Assembly: GCA_964202905.1 (NCBI GenBank)
Contig: CAXNJO010000009.1
Location: forward strand, 128,001-192,000
Direction of reading: 5' to 3'
Length of the DNA stretch: 64,000 nt
Source: Polyangiales bacterium
Lineage (GTDB): Bacteria; Myxococcota_A; Polyangia; Polyangiales; JADJQN01
This document shows, in pieces, positions 34,541-42,393 of the stretch. How positions within the stretch are numbered: position 1 is the first letter of the stretch; each line of letters starts with the position of its first letter. Position numbers and translations under genes: made by a program. The notes beneath the pieces are model-generated. The model saw only the letters and a list, made by a program, of their open reading frames with translations. It made no database searches and was not told the origin of the DNA.

Positions 34541-35779
34541 TCAGCCTTCGGCGGGCGGCGGCGGGGGCGCCGGGGCGGGCGCGTCGACGTGGACCTCCGA
34601 CACGGCCGCGGGCGGCGCCGCGGCGGCCGGCACCTCGCGCTCGGGTGCGGCGGCCTCCGGCGGGGCGTTCTCCGCAGCGGGTGGCGAGGCGGCGGGCGGC
34701 GAGGCGGCGTAGAACGGCGACCGCCGGTAGGCGCGGAGCGCACGCACGACGAAGATCTTGAGCACCGCGGCCGCGGGCAGCGCGAGCAGCACCCCGAGGA
34801 ACCCGAACAACTCGGCCCCGACGAGCAGCGCGAGCAACACCCAGAGCGGCGAGAGCCCGACCTTCTCGCCGATGACGCGCGGCGTGATGACGAGCCCCTC
34901 GAAGAGTTGGATCACGACGTAGGCCGCGAGCACACCGATGACGCGCTCCCAGCCGTCGAAGTCGACGAGCGAGAGCAGGAGCGCCGAGGCCAGCGCCGTC
35001 ACACTGCCGACGTAGGGGATGAAGGCGAGCGCGCCCGCGACGAAGCCGATCGGCACGGCGAGCCGCACCCCGAGCGCGCTGTACGCGCCCGCGTAGAGCG
35101 CACCGAGCAACGCCATGACGATGAGCTGCCCGCGGACGAAGTGCGCGAGGGTCTGGTCGATCTCGCGGGCGACCTCGACCGCGGCGTCACGCCAGCGCGT
35201 GGGAACCAGCGCCGCCGCGCCCCCCGTGATCCGATGGAAGTCGAAGAGCAGGTAGAACGACACCACGGGCACGACGAAGAGCGTTCCGAGCGCACCGACG
35301 AGCGACGACGTGCCGCCGACGACCCAGCGCAGCACCGCGCCCGCGGGCGCGACCGCGCGCTGCGCGAGGTCCGGCGCATCGACCTGGTATTGCGTGAGCG
35401 CCTCGCCGACCGAGTGCGGCACGCGCACGCCGTAGCGCGCGAGCCACGGCTCCGCGCGGGCGAGCAGCGCGGCTGCGTGGCGCGGCAGCTCGTGCACGAA
35501 GCCCGCGAGGTCGCGCAGCACGCCCGGCAGCACGAGCACGATCACGAGCCCGAGCGCGCCGAGCAGCACGGCGAGCAGAAGCAGGATCGCGAGCGCACGC
35601 GGGATGCGGCGCGCCTCGAGCCGATCGACGAGCGGGTTGAGGAGATACGCGATGAGGAACGCCGCGAAGACGGGCGTGAGTACGCCGCGCAGCGCGTGGA
35701 GCAGCCCGCCGAGCGCGGCGAGCGCGAGCGCAGCGACGATCCAGCGGGGCGGGAGCCAGCTCGAGCGGTCGGACGGCAC
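34541..35779 (-). CDS. AI-2E family (PerM-like) transporter
   Basis: IAYLLNPLVDRLE, FVRGQ, FIPYVG, PRVIG, FGFLGVLLALP. Start is 35779 or 35791. Confidence 0.92.
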   Translation of the reverse strand: MPSDRSSWLPPRWIVAALALAALGGLLHALRGVLTPVFAAFLIAYLLNPLVDRLEARRIPRALAILLLLAVLLGALGLVIVLVLPGVLRDLAGFVHELPRHAAALLARAEPWLARYGVRVPHSVGEALTQYQVDAPDLAQRAVAPAGAVLRWVVGGTSSLVGALGTLFVVPVVSFYLLFDFHRITGGAAALVPTRWRDAAVEVAREIDQTLAHFVRGQLIVMALLGALYAGAYSALGVRLAVPIGFVAGALAFIPYVGSVTALASALLLSLVDFDGWERVIGVLAAYVVIQLFEGLVITPRVIGEKVGLSPLWVLLALLVGAELFGFLGVLLALPAAAVLKIFVVRALRAYRRSPFYAASPPAASPPAAENAPPEAAAPEREVPAAAAPPAAVSEVHVDAPAPAPPPPPAEG

Positions 35780-35818
35780 AGCGGCACACATACCACGCGG
35801 CTCGGTTATGCTGCCGCG

Positions 35819-37438
35819 ATGGCTCGCCTCGACATGTACGTCCAGCACCTCGTGAAGCACCGCGCATCGAGCCTCCTGCTCACGAGCGGCAAGCCCGTGA
35901 CCTTCCGCTTCCCGACGGGCGACCGTCACTCGAACAGCGTGGTGGACCACGGCGACATCGCGCGACTCGTCGAGGAGGTCGGCCCGCGCGACGCGCTCGC
36001 GGCGCTCATGCGCACCGGCCGCACTGATTTTCCCTACAAGACCCCCGAGGGGCTCGAGGTCCGCGTCGACGTCGAAGCCGTCGCCGCAGGCAACTGGACC
36101 GTCGTGATCGCGGCCCCGACCGACGCGGCCACCAGCGCGGCCTCCGCGACGCGCCCGACGGGCGGCACGGGCGCGGCCACGGCGCCGGGGTCGAACGGCG
36201 GTTCCGGAGCGGGCACCGGGACGGGCGCGGGCGCTGTGCCGCCTGGCGCGGGCGCGGAGCCCGCAGCGACGGCGACGGCTGCGAAGGTGGCGGTCGCGAA
36301 GGAGCCGGAGCGCCCCGCGCCCGAGATCCAAATGAGCCCCGGTGAGCCCGCGCTCCACCGCTACCTCCGCCTGATGGTGCGCGCCGGCGCGAGCGACCTG
36401 CACCTCTCGTCGGACCGCGTGGCGATGGTGCGGCTGAACGGCGAGATCCAGCCGCTCGAGTCCGGCACGCCCCCCCTCAGCGACGCGCAGCTGCGCGAGC
36501 TCCTCATGCCCATCGCGACACCGAAGGCCGCCGCAGAGTTCAAGGCGAGCAACGACACCGACTTCGCGCACACGATCCCGGGCGTCGCGCGGTTCCGCTG
36601 CAACTACTTCATGGATCTGAAGGGCATCGGGGCCGCGTTCCGTCAGATCCCCTTCAAGATCCTCTCTCCCGAGGTCCTCGGCATCCCGAAGCAGGTGCTC
36701 GACCTCTGCTGGCTCACCAAGGGGTTGGTGCTCGTCACGGGGCCCACGGGCTCGGGCAAGTCGACGACGCTCGCGACGCTCATCGATCACGTCAACGCGC
36801 ACCGCTCCGACCACATCATCACGATCGAAGACCCCATCGAGTTCGTCCACGAACCGAAGAAGTGCCTCATCAACCAGCGCGAGGTCGGCACGCACACGGG
36901 CGGCTTCAAGAACGCGCTCCGCGCCGCGCTCCGCGAGGATCCGGACATCGTGCTCGTCGGCGAGATGCGCGATCTCGAGACGATCGCGATCGCGATCGAG
37001 ACGGCGGAGACGGGCCACCTCGTGTTCGGGACGCTCCACACGTCGTCGGCCATCGGCACCATCGACCGCATCATCGATCAGTTCCCGGCCGACCGACAGG
37101 ACCAGATCCGCACGATGTTGAGCGGGTCGCTGAAGGGCGTGATCTCGCAAGTCCTTTGCAAGAAGAAGGGGGGCGGCCGCGTCGCGGCGTACGAGGTGCT
37201 GCTCGGCAACTCGGCCGTCTCGAACCTCATCCGGGAGGGCAAGACCTTCCAGCTCGTCAGCACCATGCAGACAGGCAAGGCGCAGGGCATGCAGACGCTC
37301 GCCGAGCACCTCGTCGACCTCGTGAAGAGCGGTCGCGTCGAGCCGCGCGAGGCCTACATGAAGGCGACCGACAAGATCGCGTTCAACGAGCTGCTCGCGA
37401 AGAACAACATCAAGTTCGACCTGAACGCGACGGAGTGA
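35819..37438 (+). CDS. pilT: PilT/PilU-family retraction ATPase with an extra N-terminal domain
   Basis: ASDLHL, GPTGSGKSTT, TIEDPIE, ALREDPD..GEMRD, ETGHLVFGTLHT, AVSNLIRE, GMQT. Confidence 0.9.
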   Translation: MARLDMYVQHLVKHRASSLLLTSGKPVTFRFPTGDRHSNSVVDHGDIARLVEEVGPRDALAALMRTGRTDFPYKTPEGLEVRVDVEAVAAGNWTVVIAAPTDAATSAASATRPTGGTGAATAPGSNGGSGAGTGTGAGAVPPGAGAEPAATATAAKVAVAKEPERPAPEIQMSPGEPALHRYLRLMVRAGASDLHLSSDRVAMVRLNGEIQPLESGTPPLSDAQLRELLMPIATPKAAAEFKASNDTDFAHTIPGVARFRCNYFMDLKGIGAAFRQIPFKILSPEVLGIPKQVLDLCWLTKGLVLVTGPTGSGKSTTLATLIDHVNAHRSDHIITIEDPIEFVHEPKKCLINQREVGTHTGGFKNALRAALREDPDIVLVGEMRDLETIAIAIETAETGHLVFGTLHTSSAIGTIDRIIDQFPADRQDQIRTMLSGSLKGVISQVLCKKKGGGRVAAYEVLLGNSAVSNLIREGKTFQLVSTMQTGKAQGMQTLAEHLVDLVKSGRVEPREAYMKATDKIAFNELLAKNNIKFDLNATE

Positions 37439-37501
37439 GCGCGACGCGCGGTTTTGTTCAGCCGCGGCGCACGCGGCAACCTTCCACGAGCGCGGCCCCG
37501 C

Positions 37502-38413
37502 TCAGCCGCGGCGCGCGAAGCAATCGTCGACGAGGCCGAGCGCCACGCGCACCGAGGCGCTGCCCTCGACGAAGCGTCGCGTGACCGGGTCGTGGTAGCC
37601 GCTCGCGGCGGGCAGACCGGGCGTGCGCGCGCGGTAGAAGCGCACCACGCGCTCCATCGTGACCTCGCGGACGTACTTGCCGACCATCGACGCGAGCGCG
37701 ACCGGGAGGTGCGCGTCGTCCGCGTCGACGAGGAAGCGCACCGCGCCGACGCCGGGCACCTCCCACGCCGACACACCGGGCTCGCGTGGGCCGGGCCGTG
37801 CGAGGAGAAAGTGCCGGAAGTAGGCGTCGTACTTGCGGATTCCGCCGATCATCCCGCAGAGCGCGATCACGTCCTCGCCCGCTGTCGCGCGCGCATCGAG
37901 CACGAGGCGCTCGAAGGCCGCGAGGTTCACCGCGAGTTTGTTCACGCCGCGATCGAGCTGCGCGTTGAGCACGCCCGCGCACGCGACGGCGGTGCGGGCG
38001 CGCACCGGCACGGCCCCGGCGCGCGCGAGACCCGCGAGCAGCGCGTGGCCCTCGGCCGCGCTGCCGCCGTACGTCGGCAGTGGCAGCGCCTCGCCCCAGC
38101 ACTGCGCGCGCGTGCCCTCCGGACATGGCGCATGCAGCGGCACGAGGCCGCCCTCACCGAGCGCCTCGAGGAGCGCGTCGGCGTCGGCGACCGGTCGCCC
38201 GGAGAGCGTCTCGGCGAGCGCGAGCGCGACGGACTCGCAGCGCGCCATGCGCCCGAAGCCGCCGCTCTTCTTGCTGTCCGTGAGGCCCGCGCGGAGGCCG
38301 AGCGCGCGCAGCGTCCCGGCGTCGTAGGCCGGCACCTCGAGCGTGACCGCGGTGGAGACGAGCGCGCCGAGCAGGGGGCCGAGCCCGTTCTCGTCGACCC
38401 CGACGACGAACAT
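37502..38413 (-). CDS. Ribonuclease HII-like protein, divergent
   Basis: GVDENGLGPLLG, TDSKK, DAD..VALASMVGKYVRE, SGY. Confidence 0.75.
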   Translation of the reverse strand: MFVVGVDENGLGPLLGALVSTAVTLEVPAYDAGTLRALGLRAGLTDSKKSGGFGRMARCESVALALAETLSGRPVADADALLEALGEGGLVPLHAPCPEGTRAQCWGEALPLPTYGGSAAEGHALLAGLARAGAVPVRARTAVACAGVLNAQLDRGVNKLAVNLAAFERLVLDARATAGEDVIALCGMIGGIRKYDAYFRHFLLARPGPREPGVSAWEVPGVGAVRFLVDADDAHLPVALASMVGKYVREVTMERVVRFYRARTPGLPAASGYHDPVTRRFVEGSASVRVALGLVDDCFARRG

Positions 38414-38499
38414 ACGGCCGTCGTACACGAAGCCCGCCGCGCCGACCAGCCCGCGTACGGCGCGATGCCCGCATGCACGCGCGTGCTATCTCGCCGCCC

Positions 38500-39441
38500 G
38501 TGACCACCGCGCCCGGAACGCCCGCGTTCGCCGACGTCGACGACACCCTCGCCCGCCTCGCAGCCGCGGGCTACGTCGGCGACCGCGAGATCGCCGTCGC
38601 CACCTTCCTCGCCGCGCAGCTCGGCAAGCCGCTGTTGCTCGAGGGACCGGCCGGCGTCGGCAAGACGGAGCTCGCGAAGGCCGTCGCCGCCGCGACCGGG
38701 CGCGAGCTCGTCCGGCTCCAGTGCTACGAGGGACTCGACGAGTCGAAGGCGCTCTACGAGTGGGAGTACGGCAAGCAGTTGCTCTACACGCAGCTCGTGC
38801 GCGACGTGCTCGGCGGGCTCGTCGCGGGCGCGGGCAGCGTGAAGGCCGCGGTCGAGCGCGTCGCGGCCGAGGAGGCGGCGTTCTTCCACGAGCGATTCCT
38901 GCTCGCGCGACCGCTCCTCCACGCGCTCCGCAGCGAGGCGCCCGTGGTGCTGCTCATCGACGAGGTCGATCGCAGCGACCCCGAGTTCGAGGCGCTCCTC
39001 CTCGAGGTGCTGAGCGACTTCCAGGTCACCGTGCCGGAGCTCGGCACCTTCCGCGCGCGGCACGTTCCCTTCGTCGTGCTCACGAGCAACGCGACGCGCG
39101 AGCTCACCGAAGCGCTGCGCCGCCGCTGCCTGCACCTCTTCGTCGACTACCCGTCGACGCAGCGCGAGCTCGCGATCGTGCGGCAGCGCGTGCCGGAGGC
39201 GGGTGAGGTGTTGAGCCGGCAGGTCGTCGCCGTCGTGCAGGCGCTGCGCACGCTCGATCTGCGCAAGTCGCCGAGCGTCAGCGAGACGCTCGACTGGACG
39301 CGCGCGCTCGTGCTGCTCGGCGCGCAGGGCCTCGACGCGGGGCTCGTGCGCGAGACGCTCGCGACGCTCGTCAAGCACCGGGAAGACGCCGCGCGCGCGC
39401 TCGACAAGGCCGGGCAGGTGCTGCGCGCGGGCGCGGGCTGA
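38500..39441 (+). CDS. MoxR family AAA+ ATPase (CoxD-like)
   Basis: LLEGPAGVGKTE, RLQCYEGLD, LIDEVD, TSNATRELTEALRRRC. Start is 38500 or 38473. Confidence 0.92.
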   Translation: MTTAPGTPAFADVDDTLARLAAAGYVGDREIAVATFLAAQLGKPLLLEGPAGVGKTELAKAVAAATGRELVRLQCYEGLDESKALYEWEYGKQLLYTQLVRDVLGGLVAGAGSVKAAVERVAAEEAAFFHERFLLARPLLHALRSEAPVVLLIDEVDRSDPEFEALLLEVLSDFQVTVPELGTFRARHVPFVVLTSNATRELTEALRRRCLHLFVDYPSTQRELAIVRQRVPEAGEVLSRQVVAVVQALRTLDLRKSPSVSETLDWTRALVLLGAQGLDAGLVRETLATLVKHREDAARALDKAGQVLRAGAG

Positions 39442-39460
39442 GGCGCCGCTCTCCGCGCGT

Positions 39461-40351
39461 TCACTGCGCGGCGAGCAGCGGGCCCCCGGGCGCGTCGTCG
39501 AGCAGCGCGTGCAGCAGCGCGGCGTCGTCGAGCGCGTCGCCGCCCGGCGCGTCGGGCTTCTCGTGATCGCCGCGCAGCCACGGCCACACGGGGCCGTTGT
39601 CGTCGCAGCCATGCGCCCGCTCCCGCGCGGTGCAGGCGAGGCGGACGTGAAAATGGTCGTCGTGCGGCCGCCCGTCGGTGGGCTGCTGCAGCACGTACGC
39701 CGCGCGCACGAGGAGCCGCGCGTCACGCTCGTGCGCGAGCGCGTGCGCGAGGATCTGCGCCTTCACCCCCGCCGAGCAGAAGATCCACTGTACGGGCGCG
39801 TCGTCGTCCGCGAGCAGCGCGCGGAAGAACCCCCAGGTGCGCGCGACGTCGAGGTAGCGCAGCCGCGGACGCTCGGACGAACGCGTGGGGGCGTCCCCAT
39901 CGACCGGCCGCGCGTCGCGCGCGACCCCGAAGCGATCGAAGGCGTAGAAGCCCGCGCCATCCGTCGGGCGTCCGTCCTCGTCGAGCGCGTAATACAAGAT
40001 GTCGGCGTCACGTCCGCTGCGGTGGCTGCGGTGTCGACCGTGTCGCCCGCCCCCCGGCGCGGAGAGATCCCCGATGCGCACGGGCACCGTCCCCGCGTGC
40101 GTCGCGGCGACCCCGGCCGCCGCACGCGTGATCGCGACGACGAGCGCGGGGGTGCCGTAGCGCGTCTCCTCGCCAGGCCGCGCCCGCACGAAGCCAGGCC
40201 CGCGGTCCGGGAGCGAAGCCCCGACATGGAGGATGCGCCCCGCCGACGGCGTGCCCCACGTCCCTGCCCCCGCGGACGCGAGCGCGTCGCCGAAGCAGCC
40301 CGCGAGGGCGACCGCCGCGACGAGCGGCAGGACGATGGGCGCGGGCCGCAC
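39461..40351 (-). CDS. Penicillin-insensitive murein endopeptidase (MepA-like, LAS family) lipoprotein
   Basis: Lipobox LAGC, GDLS..GG..HRSHRSGRDAD, HDDHFHVR. Start inferred. Confidence 0.85.
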   Translation of the reverse strand: MRPAPIVLPLVAAVALAGCFGDALASAGAGTWGTPSAGRILHVGASLPDRGPGFVRARPGEETRYGTPALVVAITRAAAGVAATHAGTVPVRIGDLSAPGGGRHGRHRSHRSGRDADILYYALDEDGRPTDGAGFYAFDRFGVARDARPVDGDAPTRSSERPRLRYLDVARTWGFFRALLADDDAPVQWIFCSAGVKAQILAHALAHERDARLLVRAAYVLQQPTDGRPHDDHFHVRLACTARERAHGCDDNGPVWPWLRGDHEKPDAPGGDALDDAALLHALLDDAPGGPLLAAQ

Positions 40352-40429
40352 GCGAACGGGTGTAGCGAAGGCCGACAAATCCCGCCAGAAACGGGGTTCG
40401 CACACGGACCGCGGGCAGACGCCCCCCGC

Positions 40430-40457
40430 TTGACGAAGGGCCGCACGGCCGTAACTT
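40430..40457 (+). promoter_or_regulatory. Sigma70-type promoter
   Basis: TTGACG-16 nt-TAACTT upstream of ATG 40503, which has an AGGAG RBS. Confidence 0.55.
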
Positions 40458-40502
40458 CGCCTCCCGCCGCGCGCGTGCGCGGCCGCCCTGCAGGAGCCCA
40501 CG

Positions 40503-41570
40503 ATGACCAGCGACAGAGGACCGATGGGAGAGCTCGCCGCGCACCTGGACCGCGGCTGGGACCTCGTGTCGCGCGGCGACTTCGCGGGCGCGCTGCTCTC
40601 CGCGGAGAAGACGGTCGAGATCGACGCGCAGTCGCCCGAGGCCCACAACCTGTTGGGCTTCGTGCTCGCCGCCGAGGGGCGCGCCGAGGAGGCGGTCGAG
40701 CACTACCGGCAGGCCGTCGAGCTCGACGAGACCTTCGTCGAGGCGATGCTCAACGCGGCCGAGGTGCTCATCCACCCGCTCCACGACTACGAAGCCGCCC
40801 TCGGCTTCATCGAGGATGCGCTCGACCTCTCCGAGGGCGACGACGAGGTCGCGGACGCGATGCTGTTGAAGTTCGACGCGCATCTGCACGCCGGCGATCG
40901 CGAGGCCGCCAAGCGCGTCGTCGCGGCGCTCCCTGGGGGGCCGTTCGAGAACCCGAGCCTCGATTTCCTCATCGGTCGCGCGCATTTCGAAGCGGGCGAC
41001 GCCGCGCGCGCGGAGCCCCACATCCGCGCGGCCCTCGCCCGCGACGTCGGGCACGCCGAGGCGCACTACTACCTCGGCATGATCCTCGAGGCGAAGGGCG
41101 ACGCGCGCGGCGCGACGGTGGCGTTCCTGCAATCGCGCGAGCTCGACGCCGCCGAGGGGGGCGAGCCCTGGTCGCTGCCCGCGGAGGTCTTCGAGCAGCG
41201 CGCGCAGGCCGCGGTCGACGCGCTCGACGCCGTGCACCGCGAGGTCCTCGAGGGCGCGCTCATCGTCGTCGCCGACGTGCCCGGCATCGAGGTCATCGCG
41301 GACGGCATCGACCCGCGCGTCGGTGTGATGCTCGACGGGCTCGCCGCGGAGCGCGAGACGCCGCGCGCCGCGCGGATGTTCGTCTACCAGCGCAACATCG
41401 AGCGCGCAGCGGGCAGCGAAGACAACCTCGACGACGAGCTGACGCACGCGATCGAGGCCGAGATCCACGCCGCGTTTCCGTCCCTCGCACCCGCGGGCGA
41501 CGCCGTCCCCGAGGCGCCGCACGGCGCGGCCCGCCGGCGCAGCGCGCCCGACGACGACGACCTCCACTGA
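40503..41570 (+). CDS. TPR protein with a degenerate C-terminal Zincin_1-like domain
   Basis: TPR motifs (PEAHNLLG, AEAHYYLG); DPRVG..YQRNIER..ELTHAIEAEI. Confidence 0.75.
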   Translation: MTSDRGPMGELAAHLDRGWDLVSRGDFAGALLSAEKTVEIDAQSPEAHNLLGFVLAAEGRAEEAVEHYRQAVELDETFVEAMLNAAEVLIHPLHDYEAALGFIEDALDLSEGDDEVADAMLLKFDAHLHAGDREAAKRVVAALPGGPFENPSLDFLIGRAHFEAGDAARAEPHIRAALARDVGHAEAHYYLGMILEAKGDARGATVAFLQSRELDAAEGGEPWSLPAEVFEQRAQAAVDALDAVHREVLEGALIVVADVPGIEVIADGIDPRVGVMLDGLAAERETPRAARMFVYQRNIERAAGSEDNLDDELTHAIEAEIHAAFPSLAPAGDAVPEAPHGAARRRSAPDDDDLH

Positions 41571-41601
41571 CGCAGGCAGGACGCGGTCGCCCGCGCCGCC
41601 G

Positions 41602-42393
41602 TCACGCAGGCACGGGCTGAGCCTCGGACTCAGGCTCGGGCTGCAGCGCGGCCGGATCGCCGCCGAGCGCCGCCCACACCCCAGCGAGATCCGCCGGGGG
41701 CGCGGCGCGCACGACGCGGCGCGCGCCTGCGTGTCCACCCACCTGCGGAAGCACCAACAACGCGCAGTGCAGCAGCACGCGCCGCGCCGCGACGACGCGC
41801 CCGTCGGGCGCCGTGACCCGCGCGGCGCCGCCGTACGCGACGTCGCCGAGCAGCGGTGAACCCGCTGCGGCGCAGTGCACGCGCAGCTGGTGCGTGCGTC
41901 CGGTGCGCGGGCGCAGGTGCAGCGCGGCACCGAGCGGCCGCTCGGCCGCGGTCGCGTAGGTCGTCCAGGCCTCGCGGACGTCGGTCGCGTCGGCGCGGGG
42001 CGAGCCGGCCACCGTGCGGAGCCGTTTGTCGCGCTGATCGTGGGCGATCGCCCAGCGCCATTCGCCTGCGGGCGGCGACGGCGCGCGCGCGGCGAGCGCG
42101 AGGTAGCAGCGCTCGTAGGTCCCTGCCCGTCGCGCCGCGAGCAGCGCCTCGATCGCGCGCGTCGTCCGCGCGAACGTCACGAGCCCCGTGACCTCCGCGT
42201 CGAGGCGCGAGCTCGCGTGCAGGCGCGGTGCGCCCGGGTCGAGCGCGCGGACGCGCTCCACGAGGCAACCACGACCATCTGGAGAGGTGGTAGGTATTCC
42301 CGGCGGTTTGACGACCACGAGGAGATCGTCGTCGCGATACGCCACCCCGAGCGGCGTCTCCCCCGGTCCGTTGCCCGAGACCACGCGGCTCAC
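41602..42393 (-). CDS. RluA-family RNA pseudouridine synthase
   Basis: VVKPPG, SRLD catalytic Asp, YLAL, TGRTHQLRVH, PLLGD.Y, LLH. Confidence 0.9.
   Translation of the reverse strand: MSRVVSGNGPGETPLGVAYRDDDLLVVVKPPGIPTTSPDGRGCLVERVRALDPGAPRLHASSRLDAEVTGLVTFARTTRAIEALLAARRAGTYERCYLALAARAPSPPAGEWRWAIAHDQRDKRLRTVAGSPRADATDVREAWTTYATAAERPLGAALHLRPRTGRTHQLRVHCAAAGSPLLGDVAYGGAARVTAPDGRVVAARRVLLHCALLVLPQVGGHAGARRVVRAAPPADLAGVWAALGGDPAALQPEPESEAQPVPA

Noticed and set aside
37502..39441. Nuclease plus ATPase pair as an anti-phage system
   Set aside because: The genes are divergent, the ATPase is a typical CoxD-like MoxR, and the context is housekeeping with no defence-island or mobility genes.
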